56,402 nt of DNA, taken from contig CAXNAA020000004.1 in assembly GCA_964200075.2 (NCBI GenBank), positions 1 through 56,402 on the forward strand, in the 5' to 3' direction. Shown piece by piece: positions 20,966 through 32,043 of this stretch. This DNA is from Sphacelaria rigidula (Eukaryota). The notes under the pieces were generated by a model. That model searched no databases and was not told the origin of the DNA. It saw nothing but the letters and a program-made list of their open reading frames with translations. Each line of letters opens with the position of its first letter. Positions within the stretch are counted from its first letter, which is position 1. A program made the translations under genes and the position numbers.

Positions 20966-21676
20966 ATGGCAGAGAAAATAGACATGGAACCTGTGAACGA
21001 CACCGAACTCAGGACCGTGGACATTGAGAACCTCGGGGCAACCGCCGACAACATTTTTGGGAGTGTGCATGGAAACAAACTCATGGCACAGGCAAGCGAA
21101 AAGATCGCGGAATTGGCGAAAAAAGACTCCGCCAAGCAAGACTCCGCCAACCAGAACACGGGGCTGGAGATCACAACGAACGCGCGGCTAAGCAGGTTCG
21201 AGGCTGAGAAGATTTTCGCGAATGGGTGGAGCAATACTAGCCTAGACCTCCTCGAGGCGCTGTACGCCGAATGCAAGAAGAAGACCATCGCCTACGCGGA
21301 CGCCGCCCGTGAAAGCAGGAAGAAGCACCGTATGTTGTCGATCCCGTCTCTCATCATCGCTAGCGCCGCCACGGCCACGTCTTTCTTCGCCGCGGGAAGC
21401 GAGTGTGGGCAACAGGATGATGACTCGGAAGCACTGAAGGTGGTCGTCGCGATGCTGACGTCAGTGACTGCGGTTCTCGCCGGAGTCGCCGCCCTCTACT
21501 CTTTCGACTCGAAAACCACCGCCTGCATTGCGGCCAGCGGAAGCTTCGACTCCCTGGCAAAGAAGACCCAGATCCAGATCTACCTAACGAACGAGCTCCG
21601 CGGACCCGTCGAGGTTGTCATTAACGACGTCTCGGCAGAGTTCTGCCACCTTACCAACACGTCGCCTCTTCTCTAA
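20966..21676 (+). CDS. SLATT-like two-TM protein
   Basis: AYADAA....HRMLSIPSLII, two TMs, then YSFDSK...AS.SFDSLAKK...ELR; paralog of the gene at 19778. Confidence 0.72.
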   Translation: MAEKIDMEPVNDTELRTVDIENLGATADNIFGSVHGNKLMAQASEKIAELAKKDSAKQDSANQNTGLEITTNARLSRFEAEKIFANGWSNTSLDLLEALYAECKKKTIAYADAARESRKKHRMLSIPSLIIASAATATSFFAAGSECGQQDDDSEALKVVVAMLTSVTAVLAGVAALYSFDSKTTACIAASGSFDSLAKKTQIQIYLTNELRGPVEVVINDVSAEFCHLTNTSPLL

Positions 21677-21718
21677 TTTATTTCTTTAGAGCCATCAACA
21701 CAGAGAACAAAAACAGCA

Positions 21719-22528
21719 ATGGGGAACGTCTGCCGGCCTACAAAACACCGGGACATCGCTCCTCAAAACATTAAGACCATTAGAATACCTTGTGAAGAAT
21801 TCCCCAGCCACAACAAGGTGTTGGATGACTACGTTTTCGACGACAACGTATTAGAGAACTACATTAGAGGCGAAAACGATGTCGCGAAAATGTTGACTGA
21901 AGCGGGATCCTCTTTCTTAGCCAAGAGACGAGGTAGTGACGATGCGTTTCCGGAAAGTCCGCCACAGCTGGAGCCGATGTATTTCCGGGGAGCCGTTGCG
22001 CTACCATCAGATTCCTTTTCGATGTCAGATTCCGATTCGATGTCATATTCCAAATCGATACCGTCGCTGTCTTCTAGGAAGTCCCATGATCGCTCATTCT
22101 TCAAAAATTTCGGATTCAATATCCAAAATCCACGGCCGTACCCGTTTTGTTTTCGAAACAACAAAATACCAAGAGGATCTTCACGCTGTTTCGATTCCGA
22201 TGCTGGATCCCACGCGTCTTACAGTTCGGAATCAAATATTCTCAGTTTGGTACTCAACACGCCTCCGTCCTACAAAAACGCAAATTTTTATTGTTCACCT
22301 CTGTCATCCCCATTCCCCACACCATCCCAGCCACCTACGCCCATAGTCCACAAAACGTTCTGGACTAACATGGACGACAGAGACTCCGAGTATTCTTCAG
22401 CGTCTAATGGCTCGCAAGACTTTGATAAAACAAAGTGGATTTGGGATCCAAGAGATGCGCAACCTCGAGCACCACCACCGAAACACCCACAGGTTACTCC
22501 CATTGTGAGCGAGACGAAGAAGCCTTGA
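21719..22528 (+). CDS. Ser/Pro-rich hypothetical protein (MGNVC start, possible acylation)
   Basis: 269-aa ATG ORF. Confidence 0.65.
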   Translation: MGNVCRPTKHRDIAPQNIKTIRIPCEEFPSHNKVLDDYVFDDNVLENYIRGENDVAKMLTEAGSSFLAKRRGSDDAFPESPPQLEPMYFRGAVALPSDSFSMSDSDSMSYSKSIPSLSSRKSHDRSFFKNFGFNIQNPRPYPFCFRNNKIPRGSSRCFDSDAGSHASYSSESNILSLVLNTPPSYKNANFYCSPLSSPFPTPSQPPTPIVHKTFWTNMDDRDSEYSSASNGSQDFDKTKWIWDPRDAQPRAPPPKHPQVTPIVSETKKP

Positions 22529-23634
22529 TGTTCGATACCAAGGCATCCCTGGTTAGTCTCAACGACCGGTCGAGTCCTTCGAAATCTTCACCAGGGTTTC
22601 GGTACAAGGTGAGTTCATGGTTCCCCGTGCGGACAAGAAACTCGGCGGCGTCGTTGTTGGTCGCTTCGGAAAACTTGGCCATGTTGGCCGCCGTCAACAA
22701 CGAAGCACGCGTATTTCGCCATTGCCGAGCCCCGGCTTTACTTTGCTTGAGGCTTCTTCTCAAGCTCTTCGTCGCCAATTTCTCCAAGCTGGGCGTGGTC
22801 TTGATGAGTTGAGGTGACAGTTTCATGACAAACAGTCTCATGTCGAGGTCGCCGTGCGCGGATGCTTTTTGCGCGAACATGAATTGTGACACGGAATAGA
22901 AAGTCTCTCCTCCGTAGACAAAGGGGAAAGCCGTGGAGATTGCGGACAAGAGACTCAACATCTACCACATGGTTGTCATGCACACTCGCCGGAGACTCAT
23001 CATCTAACACATGGTTGTCATGCACCCTCGCCGGAGACTCATCACCTAACACATGGTTGTCATGCACACTCGGAGAAGACTCAGCGTCTACCACATGGTT
23101 GTCATGCACACTCGGAGAAGACTCAGCGTCTACCACATGCTCGTCATGCACACTCGGAGAAGAGTCAATGTCTACCACATGGTTGTCATGCACACTCGGA
23201 GAAGACTCAGCGTCTACCACATGCTCGTCATGTACCCTCGGAGAAGACTCAGCGTCTACCACATGGTTGTCATGCACACTCGGAGAAGAGTCAATGTCTA
23301 CCACATGGTTGTCATGCACACTCGGAGAAGAGTCAACATTTACCACATGGTCGTCATGCACACTTGGCGGAGACTCATCACCTAACACATGGTCTTCATG
23401 CACCCTATCCGGAACGGGAAATGGCACGCGTTGGTCGGGCGAGATTTTGGATAAGAAGGGAAACACGTATTTCGGCATGATGAATGTCGTGGATTTGTTT
23501 TTGGACCTCCTCTTGGATTTCTTTTTACACCTGCGACGACAGGTTTTGACGCATTTCTTGGAGGATTTCTTTTTGGTGGTGCACGTTTTTACGCATGTTT
23601 TAAAACACGCTTTCTTGCGGGGCGTTTTTGACAT
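22494..23634 (-). pseudogene. Basic Cys/Lys N-terminus + 11x 14-aa repeat + divergent NADAR domain; frameshift near 22950
   Basis: The ORF from 23634 has KKC-rich and VHDNHVVDAESSPS repeats; a shifted frame carries PFVYGGETFYSVSQFMFAQKA...W...ANMAKF...LVRTG (NADAR/YbiA-like). Confidence 0.68.
22955..23410. repeat. 42-bp coding tandem repeat x 11
   Basis: Unit ctaccacatggttgtcatgcacactcggagaagactcagcgt repeated. Confidence 0.95.
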
Positions 23635-23734
23635 TGGGATATATATAGTTACATTTGTACATACATTTTAATATCAATGCACTGGTGCGTTGGAAAATCT
23701 GTCTTTTAAATTCATTGCCTGGTTCAAAAAAACC

Positions 23735-24796
23735 ATGGGAGATAACTCCACCGACGTGTGCGTGGTCTGCCAGGACCCTTTTGACGACGAGACCCCAACG
23801 GCAACTACCCCCTGCAACCACACTCTACATTCTACATGCTTCCTTTCGGCAGCGCTAGCATCCGATCGATGCCCCGTGTGCCGAGCGAATCTGTACCCAC
23901 AAGAGGATAATAACCACCACAACAATAGCAACACCCTTAACGACAGCCATTCCATCGAGATTGACATCACGTCAACAATTGGAGAAGACACGTTTCGGTC
24001 TATACAAGAGCAGGTTTCCAGACTGAGGAACTCTCGATTGGGGGCAGAGAATGACGAGGAGAGGGAAGAAGGCGAGATCAGCATCATCGAGATCAACGAA
24101 CCTCCGAGCTTACGGCGAAGTAGGTTGACTCTCTCAGCCTTCAATGCCTGCAGAGACGGAAACCTCGAAGAAGTCCGGCGTTTGGTGAACACCAACGACT
24201 TCATAAGCACGGTGGAGGACGACTCCTTTGACACTCTCCTTCACCGAGCGATATTTTCCGAGCACGAAGCCCTGATTCGGTTCCTCATACACGAAGCAGC
24301 GATCCCCGTGAACTCCATCAATAACTTCAGGATGACCCCGCTTCACTACGCTGTTTCGTCGGGCGTGAGCATTCCGACACTTCTCTTGAACTGCGGGGCC
24401 TTCGTTGACGCACAGGATTCGGCAGGGAAGACACCTCTCATGTCTGCTTGCGGCTACAACAACACTGAAGTCGCGAAGTTGTTGCATGACAGGGGGGCTT
24501 CGACAAGGACGTTCGATGGGAGCGGAGAGACGTGCATGCACTACGCGGCTCGGGGGAAGTGCCTGACCGTCCTCAGGTTTTTGCTGAGACAAACAAGAGC
24601 AGACGCCAACGCGCCCAACTTCCTCGACGAAACACCGCTGCACCTTGCGTGCGCTTCCGGGAGCCACACGGCCGTGAGATTCCTCTTAGAGGCTGGAGCA
24701 GACCCCACGACGAAGACGAAGTCAGGAAAGACAGCTTTGCATTACGTCCCGCGAGAAAACACTAGGCTACCGCTACTTCTCGATCGCCACACGTGA
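23735..24796 (+). CDS. RING-finger + ankyrin-repeat protein (putative E3 ligase)
   Basis: CVVC...CNHTLHSTC...CPVCR RING-H2 and several TPLH/TPLM ankyrin repeats. Confidence 0.9.
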   Translation: MGDNSTDVCVVCQDPFDDETPTATTPCNHTLHSTCFLSAALASDRCPVCRANLYPQEDNNHHNNSNTLNDSHSIEIDITSTIGEDTFRSIQEQVSRLRNSRLGAENDEEREEGEISIIEINEPPSLRRSRLTLSAFNACRDGNLEEVRRLVNTNDFISTVEDDSFDTLLHRAIFSEHEALIRFLIHEAAIPVNSINNFRMTPLHYAVSSGVSIPTLLLNCGAFVDAQDSAGKTPLMSACGYNNTEVAKLLHDRGASTRTFDGSGETCMHYAARGKCLTVLRFLLRQTRADANAPNFLDETPLHLACASGSHTAVRFLLEAGADPTTKTKSGKTALHYVPRENTRLPLLLDRHT

Positions 24797-24817
24797 TTTC
24801 GGAGGACGCGTTTGTTT

Positions 24818-25039
24818 TTATTTTGGAAAACACGACATGCACGACCTACCCCTCTCGACAAGGCTCTCGACAAGACAGGATGTTTTTTCCATTAGGGGCA
24901 AGCCCTCTGTGTGACCTATGGATACCCTGGACTCGTTTAGAACCACGAGGCAATTGTCACAGCGTGGCTGACGATACTCTCGTAAGTTCTGGAAACAATT
25001 CCTGCAGAAGGCGTGTGTCATCCTTCTCAGCTTCGGCAT
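24818..25039 (-). CDS. Small Cys-rich (zinc-ribbon-like) protein
   Basis: CRNC, CDNC and CMSC pairs in 73 aa. Confidence 0.45.
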   Translation of the reverse strand: MPKLRRMTHAFCRNCFQNLREYRQPRCDNCLVVLNESRVSIGHTEGLPLMEKTSCLVESLVERGRSCMSCFPK

Positions 25040-25077
25040 GTTAAGTTAGGTAAGACGTTGAAAGGACAAGATAATTA

Positions 25078-25365
25078 ATATCACGGGTTCAACAACTTCG
25101 GGTCTTCTTTGACACGGGTCGCTCTTAGTTCTTGACTTCCCCTGCCGAGTCACAGGGCGGTTATGGATTCGAAGTCAACGACGGCGACATGTGTACCTAG
25201 GTTCATGCTGTGTCGTGGGGATGGGTCGTAGACAACATCGACGACAATGTCAAGGATGCCAAGGATGCCAAGGATGCCAACATGAAGATCAAGTGGACAA
25301 GGAAGACGAAGCCGAAACCGTTGTTGCTTGACGTTTGGTCTCGAACGAAGGAGGCCGGCAAGTAA
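25078..25365 (+). pseudogene. Decayed small ORF (no ATG, two in-frame TAGs)
   Basis: Protein-like frame ISRVQQLRVFFDTGRS*FLTSP...DMCT*VHAVSWGWVVDN...EAGK with TAGs at 25126 and 25198; starts ATA. Confidence 0.35.
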
Positions 25366-25417
25366 TTCGTTTATATTTTTTGCGTATTTTTTCGCCCCAC
25401 CCCAGTCACTCTTCACC

Positions 25418-25733
25418 ATGCAATTCGAGCTATTTCAAGTTAGCGCCAACGGCCTTTGGATAGTCGCTACTCTCCAGCACGCTGTGCGCTTATGGAGAGC
25501 TTCCCCGGATTCCATATTTTTGCAGTTTTAGGTGTGGGCGTCTCCGCTGGGAGGACTCCAGGGTTGCTTGGGTGAAACTCCCGGACAGGCTGGTGTTTGT
25601 CCTCGTGCTCCTGGCCGCTACCGATGTTGATGATGGTTCGGCCGCTTCACGCCATGTTGCTGGTTCTTACGGCCTTCCAAATCATGAGGTAGAGGGATAT
25701 ATTATGTTAAGTAAGGTTACAAGGTCTATATAA
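25418..25733 (+). pseudogene. Decayed small ORF, frameshift in T run near 25528
   Basis: MQFELFQ...FLQF continues as RCGRLRWEDSRVAWVKLPDRLVFVLVLL if one T is removed; preceded by a T-rich/C-rich leader. Confidence 0.4.
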
Positions 25734-25742
25734 ATATATTTC

Positions 25743-27395
25743 ATGTCTTCCGCGATGTCTACTGGCGTAAACGGAGACGTTCGAGACGAAACCACGGACC
25801 ACTACATCAGTATCTCTTCGTCCGCGAGAGACAAGTCAACTTTCACGTCGTCCGATGACTGCGAGGTGACGTTCGACGAGATGAGGAACGTCAGCGGGAT
25901 AAGCCTTGTAAATTTTGAGATCCCTCACACGAGGTATGCCATTGATAAGACAAACAACACATTCTACATCTCGGAGAAGATTTCGGAGGGCGTGTTCAAC
26001 TTCTTTGGGCTCAAGGCCGGAACCGGTGGTTACACCATAGGAAACCTTGCCGTTTCGCTCGAGTTGTCCCAAAACTGCCCGATCGTGTACAACGCGGACA
26101 CCGTCTTGACGAACACTTACAACTTCGTAACCTCCTCGAGCTTCGGCAAGGTAGCCGTTGTCTCGTCGGGAGACGTCGAGTACAACATCCATGTTTGCAC
26201 CGAAACCCTCCAGGTGAAACAGTTTGCCATTGAGTCTCCCACGAAGGCCACGGTCACGTTCCTCCCGCCTTTTGAGTATATCGTAGCTCCGGGAGCCCTC
26301 CTCACCCTCAACCTACACAACATGGTTGACAGAGAGGTACAAGTCATTGACACCCCAGCTCCCAGGACCGTCACCATCATCGGAGACTTCGGATCCTTTG
26401 TCGACTCCGATGTGGACCTCTAGAGGTCGTACATGGTTCCCTACTCGGCCACGAACCCCCTCGCCGAGGTCGCCGGCTTCGGGCTTGTGGATCTCGAGAC
26501 CTCGAGAAACACAAAGTTTGATGTCCTCGCGCTGCAATCCCCCTTCGGGACACAGGTGGAGGACGACACTGCTACCCCAATGGTTCTTGTCAACTTCCCA
26601 ATCTTCGTTTCCACCGACGACAATGTCGTTATTTCGGGTGCCGCAGGCTTTATGGGAAACACCAACTTGACAGTGGGCACGACTCACGACGACACCCACT
26701 TCGAGGTAAACGTGGACGTGTCGACGCTTTTCGCCGGGACCTCCGTCCGTGTTCATAAAGACGGTGGTAGCACTTTTGACGTACAAGAAATCAGTGTCGT
26801 CGAAGTCATCGGTAACGGAGTCATGGCTTCCGTCACGACAGCATCACCCGTTGACTATTCTGCCGATGACGTCGTGACCTTCTCTGGCCTAACGTCGCCC
26901 GAATGGTTGCACGAAGAAAACGTGCCGCAGATCGATGTCGTATCCGTGGACGTGTCGACGACGACGTTCTACGTTACCTTCACGTACCCGACGAAGACCT
27001 CTTTCGAGGAAGGTGGGACATTCATATCTCCGACGAATAGTCTGACGGGAATTCCTACCACGTACCTCAGCCCCAACAGGTTCGATCTCAGCAGGGGTAG
27101 GCGTGTTCTTCTTTGCAGGGCCTCCATCGACGGCAAGGACCTGGGGTCAACACACATCCCAAACGACCGAACGACCTTCTTTGGCAGGATTCAGCTCTTC
27201 TCTGGCGCGGATCTTGTCAACTTCCTCAACGTGAATCAAGCGGTAGGTCACCACAAGTTCACGAGCATTGTGAAGAGACTCCGGGCAATACGCTTCCGAT
27301 TCTACAACGAAGACGGGATCCCCTACAAGTTCATCGGTGTCGAGTACACCCTCTTCCTCAAGATTGTAACACACGACTCCAACACTGGCTTGTAA
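25743..27395 (+). pseudogene. Beta-rich NCLDV structural-type protein (DUF5901-like N- and C-termini) interrupted by TAG at 26421-26423
   Basis: ISSSARD...NVSGISLVNFEIP N-terminus and IRFRFYNEDG.PY.F.G C-terminus; the two ORFs are in the same frame, separated by a single TAG. Confidence 0.7.
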
Positions 27396-27492
27396 GATAA
27401 CGCAAGCTAACGAACTAAAAACATGTTTCATTTTTATTTTATGTTTGTCCCTACGTAATATAGGAATCTGTACCCACAACCCACAAGTCACC

Positions 27493-29090
27493 ATGCTTGT
27501 GGTAGCGAGTACCACCAACTGCATGAAAGAAGGTCTTGACATGAAGACCGTGATGATACCAAACGAAGTTGGCAGAAACTCAGACTGGTTCCCCATTTTC
27601 AAGCGTAACTGCAAGGAAGTCGTGGTGACGGGGGACGACTGGCATAGCCTTGTTGCGATAAGAGGGGCTTGGTTCGAAGCTGTCGACCTCAACAAGTTGG
27701 ACGTTGTTCGGGTCTGTGGCACGCGATGCCCCATCCACAGAGTCGACTTTGTTTGTAACCTCGGGAACAAGATGGTTGTCGACCTCGTGGTAGCGTTGGA
27801 TCCGACAGGGATCCAACGCAAGGACTCGGGGTGGACCTTCGAGGTCGATTTCCCTCTCGGATTCACCCCCATGTGCTATACATCGAAGAAGTCCACTCTT
27901 CAGTACTTGGCAGTCCTGTTCCAAAACATCGGGGTCATGGCGGTCGGCATCACCCCTGTCAGCTACACCCTCATCTGGGACATCACAGAAAAATGCAGCA
28001 TCGAGCTGGACTCTACCACAATTGCGGAAGAGCAGTTCCACAAGCTTGAAGTCTTAAACGCCACTCCCGGCAAAGCGTACGAGGTAGAGGTCAAGTCCCA
28101 AGACTCCAACGCGTACGCCACAGTCGTTGTCGAGACACCCGCGATGGATCCAGAGTCAATGAACCAGTTCTACCTGAGCAGACTACATCAGGGCGTGTTC
28201 GACCTCGACGGCGTGAACGAAGAGACCATTGCCTACCTCCGCAAGAACGGAGTCCTAAAACCCGGTCACAAAGTGAGGCTGACGAACAACTTGGTTTCTG
28301 TCGTCCTCTCGGGAGACACAGTGTCTCTCAAAGACGATCTTTACGTTGTTCCAGACTTCTCGATCGAAGACAACCAGTTCATATGCATAGAAGATGAATC
28401 CCGAATTAGCCACATTGTCGAGTTCGACAAATCAGAGTCGTACGTGAAGTACATGGATCGCGTGTATCTCCATGGGAGTTCCTTCTTTGTTGGAGCTTCG
28501 GGTCGGAGAATCGGCGTCGTGAAAGGCTCCATTATCCTGGTGGTTCAGGACTCCACGTTGGAATTCCCCGGAGGCGACCCTGCTGCCCTGCAGGTAATGA
28601 CCTCGGGAGACCTAGTCGTCCGCGATCTCGTCATGAGATGTTCGGCACAGGTGACGGAAAAGGTTGACGGGGAGACGACGTACGGGCGTAACTCTTTTTT
28701 CGTGTACTTCCCAGACGGCGGCACAACCAAGGAGTGCACGAGGGTGTCTCACGGTCTCAACGATGCGGGAGATACCGGATCCTTTTCGATTGATGTCCTG
28801 TACACGGACGGGAGTTCCGCCGAGTCCATGGTGAACACCATCGCGTCGGATCCAACGAAGACCTCCATATCCACGAGGGACAACTCGAACCCGGAGGTGA
28901 TCACCGCCACCTTCGACACTGCTGGCCTCTCCTTTGACTCGGACAACGGAAATATCTATTTTGGTGCCGAAAAAGACTTTAGGATACACTTCGCTGAGGC
29001 GGTTGGGTTGGACCCCGCGATGCTGCAAATCTGAGCCTCGTCGGGCAGGAATACGTAACTCGGTTCCTTATCACAGCTGAACCTCCGTGA
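27493..29090 (+). pseudogene. Modular putative structural protein; frameshift near 29032 truncates the last ~20 aa
   Basis: Fn3-like LNATPGKAYEVEV, QVMTSGDLVVRD, GLSFDSDNGNIYFGAEKDFR; the family-conserved EYVTR tail is in another frame after MLQI. Confidence 0.72.
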
Positions 29091-29133
29091 TGACGTTGAA
29101 AAAATATTATGTTTGATCGATTAGTACCCAACC

Positions 29134-29352
29134 ATGAAATTCGCCAAAAAAAACGATACAGTCGAAGTCTTGACGGCCCTTAACAAGGACATGGACTTGT
29201 TGTGCAAATCCGTCTTCGAGCTTTACGGAAAGGTCTTGTCGAAGATGACAGCACTAGAAACACAAATGACACACATGGACAAAAAGTTGGACGACCTCAA
29301 ACACAAGCTTTATCACAACGAAGGAAGTTACACTTTGTGCACGATATCGTAG
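29134..29352 (+). CDS. Small coiled-coil protein
   Basis: 72-aa ATG ORF with heptads. Confidence 0.55.
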   Translation: MKFAKKNDTVEVLTALNKDMDLLCKSVFELYGKVLSKMTALETQMTHMDKKLDDLKHKLYHNEGSYTLCTIS

Positions 29353-29402
29353 TATTTTTATGAGTTGTATAGCAACAGCAATACCAGAGCGAAAAACGAG
29401 CC

Positions 29403-29693
29403 ATGCCGGTTGCAAAAAAGTACGTGCTGAACCCCAAGACTGGGCGACGAGTCCTTGCCGACGGCCCGACGGGAAAGAAGATTCTCAAGGCCAGGCGTGC
29501 AAAGAGGGCACGAGCTGCCAAGAAGCGCAAGTCGTGCGTAGCTTCGTGTACACGCAAGTGCACCTCCAAGAAGGTAACCCGTAGGAGGAGACCGATCAGG
29601 CGCAGCGACTATGTCAGCAATTCGGACGTCTACGACTTTGGCATCAACGACTATGTCAGCAACTCGGACGTCTACGGCATCGACATCGTATAG
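29403..29693 (+). CDS. Small basic protein with NPKTGR motif (2-cysteine-adaptor-like)
   Basis: VLNPKTGRRV...GPTGKKI, K/R-rich. Confidence 0.7.
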   Translation: MPVAKKYVLNPKTGRRVLADGPTGKKILKARRAKRARAAKKRKSCVASCTRKCTSKKVTRRRRPIRRSDYVSNSDVYDFGINDYVSNSDVYGIDIV

Positions 29694-29857
29694 ATTGAAA
29701 CCGTTGAAAATGCTTATCAAAAGGAAAAAAATGTCAACCCGCAACAGATTCAACGCGCCCTGGGCGGACTCGAAAAGATTGACAAGGGATTGGCGGCTAC
29801 CTTGCGTAAGAAGACGGTGTCGACGAGAAGTTGGACATGAGTAGATTATAAGGCTTT

Positions 29858-31114
29858 TTAGTCGAAAGGAGACCTCATCTTGGTTCTACCATCCCCCAAG
29901 CCTTCGCTGTCATCCCCGTACGTGAAGACCCGCCTCGTAGACTTCTTTGGCAAAACGATGGTGTACTTGTCTCTACCGCGGAGGAGACTCAGAGAAGTGC
30001 ATGTGCAACCGATGAAGTTGATGTTGTCCGAAGACCAAAGGTCGGAATTCTCGGACTCGTACAGGCGGTCCTCGTTCTGGTCCTCTGACACTAACCCACA
30101 GTCGGCCGCTGACAAATTCTGCGCGCAAGAAGCGAGAACACCGAGAGTTGAAGACGAACCGTTGTGAAAGTACCACGGGTATTCCCTCGAGAGGTTCTCT
30201 CCGTGACCGATCATAAACTCACGGTTCATCCCCGCTACCGCTTCCAGGAATCCGGAGTCGTTGACGAAGCAGTCGACCGAAGTAGCTCGGTGAGAGTTCG
30301 ACCACATCTTGACCGTCGAATCCTGCATGCATTTTCGCTCAACTTTTCCGAGCTTCGATGGTTTGGATTGCTTGGCACGCTTGTTGGCACGCTTGTCGGA
30401 GATGGGTTTCGACCCCGAGTACAGCATCTGGACTTGATTCACCGTCTGACAGACGTTTCCGGAGCACATGTCCGCGATGAAGTAGCAGTCCATTGGTGGG
30501 AGGTGACAGAAGCCCGAAACCCTCTGAGAAAGACGCAACAACACCGCGTACATATCGCTCGTGCTGTACGGGTGGAACTCCACGACGGTGCTCACGTCAC
30601 GTATGTGGTGAAAGGACTTGTCCAAGGCGTTGCACACGATCACGACAGGAGTTCTCTCCGATGACCTCATAACCTTCGACAGCCACTTCAAGGACGTCGT
30701 CTCTTTGATGAAGGACTCGAACTCGTCCAAAAGCAACACGCCCTGGCCATCTCTTAAAGAGACCTCCCTAAGCACGGCGTCCAGCTTCTGCGGGGTTCTC
30801 TGCACGTCGGACTGCGTGTGGGCAACGCTAAACCCGTGTTCCGAAGCACAGAGTGAAACTGCCGAAGACTTCCACACGCCCGAAGGTCCATGGACCAGCA
30901 GGCAGCGGCTTCGAATGCTGCTAATGCTACTATCCAGAGAAGAACACTGCAGATTACTGAACCAGTCACCGACGGCCTCGACGGCCTTACGGTTCCCTCT
31001 GATGAGCGCGGAGCTGCTCGGCGTACAAAACTCCACCCACGACAAGTGACGTTCCTGGGGTTTCTCGCGTTTCTTTTTTGTGATTGTCAACGCTCCCGCC
31101 CAGTTGACCTGCAT
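29858..31114 (-). CDS. Replication factor C large-subunit-like AAA+ ATPase with degenerate Walker A
   Basis: LLVHGPSGVWKSS (Trp at the invariant Gly of GxxGxGK), Walker B LLLDEFE, PVVIVCN, and GNVCQTVN (GD.R.A.N-like); start uncertain. Confidence 0.75.
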   Translation of the reverse strand: MQVNWAGALTITKKKREKPQERHLSWVEFCTPSSSALIRGNRKAVEAVGDWFSNLQCSSLDSSISSIRSRCLLVHGPSGVWKSSAVSLCASEHGFSVAHTQSDVQRTPQKLDAVLREVSLRDGQGVLLLDEFESFIKETTSLKWLSKVMRSSERTPVVIVCNALDKSFHHIRDVSTVVEFHPYSTSDMYAVLLRLSQRVSGFCHLPPMDCYFIADMCSGNVCQTVNQVQMLYSGSKPISDKRANKRAKQSKPSKLGKVERKCMQDSTVKMWSNSHRATSVDCFVNDSGFLEAVAGMNREFMIGHGENLSREYPWYFHNGSSSTLGVLASCAQNLSAADCGLVSEDQNEDRLYESENSDLWSSDNINFIGCTCTSLSLLRGRDKYTIVLPKKSTRRVFTYGDDSEGLGDGRTKMRSPFD

Positions 31115-31199
31115 GAGGGTTAAACTTCGGAGTGATGCGTGTTCATGCAACCAGTAAGGATAGTATGGATTGTATATATTTGGATCATTAAATAAACAT

Positions 31200-31520
31200 C
31201 TAGTTGACAACTTCCGACACTCCTTCCACGATGTCTTCTACGGATTCTTCGAGGTTGTCTTTGACCGCCTCCGCGTCCTCGACCACTTCCTGAACGAAGT
31301 TCTTCACTTCAAACACGAAGAAGAGAGCGACACTCAGGGCACACGCCATTTTGTTCGGGGTAATCGGATACCCAAAAGCATACAAAAACATGACCCTCAT
31401 GAGCGGATGTTTCGCAAGAGTTCGCGTAGTCTCCGTGTCGATGTCCAAAAAGAGGGCGATCTGAACGAGGTTCACGTAGATGGCGGCTACCGCCAGCAAA
31501 CCGTTCATGCTCATCATCAT
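31200..31520 (-). CDS. Small membrane protein
   Basis: Hydrophobic helices and acidic tail. Confidence 0.65.
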   Translation of the reverse strand: MMMSMNGLLAVAAIYVNLVQIALFLDIDTETTRTLAKHPLMRVMFLYAFGYPITPNKMACALSVALFFVFEVKNFVQEVVEDAEAVKDNLEESVEDIVEGVSEVVN

Positions 31521-31581
31521 GATTGCCTCTGTCTGTTGTACCCAGTCAATACATAATTTACCGATTAAATGATCATTTATT

Positions 31582-31965
31582 ATGTACGCTCAGGATTACA
31601 TACGAAATTACGACCTGCCAATAATGTCGTCTTCCAAAGAATTCTTCGAAGAGTTGGAGAAATTTCTGCCGGTGTTCGTTTCTGTCATCCCAACCTACCT
31701 CCATTCCGCTTTGGTATTCCTCGTTGTGCTCATTGTCGGACACATCATTACCAAGAGGTCCAACGCCAAGATGGACATTGACGGCGACGGCGAAGAATCC
31801 GCCACCGAGAAAAAGATGAGATTGTTCATCTTTAGAGGGACGAGCGTCATCGTAGCGCTCTTCATGGCCGACATCGCTTTCCAGATATCTTGGAAGCTTC
31901 GGAACAGGATTAACCGCAAACACCTCGTGTACAGTAGATGGTTCCCTGGACTTCTCGGTAGCTAG
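31582..31965 (+). CDS. Small two-TM protein
   Basis: Two hydrophobic segments. Confidence 0.6.
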   Translation: MYAQDYIRNYDLPIMSSSKEFFEELEKFLPVFVSVIPTYLHSALVFLVVLIVGHIITKRSNAKMDIDGDGEESATEKKMRLFIFRGTSVIVALFMADIAFQISWKLRNRINRKHLVYSRWFPGLLGS

Positions 31966-32043
31966 TTGAATATGTCGCCTCGATAAAAAGTTAAAAAAAT
32001 TAAACAAATAAAAAAAAAGCCTTGTTAAATTAAATTGTGTAAA

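Noticed and set aside
25038-25155. Intron from GTAAGA (25050) to an AG at 25128 or 25155
   Set aside because: The only plausible upstream exon (ATG TTA AGT TAG) ends in a stop before the donor, and a second TAG remains downstream.
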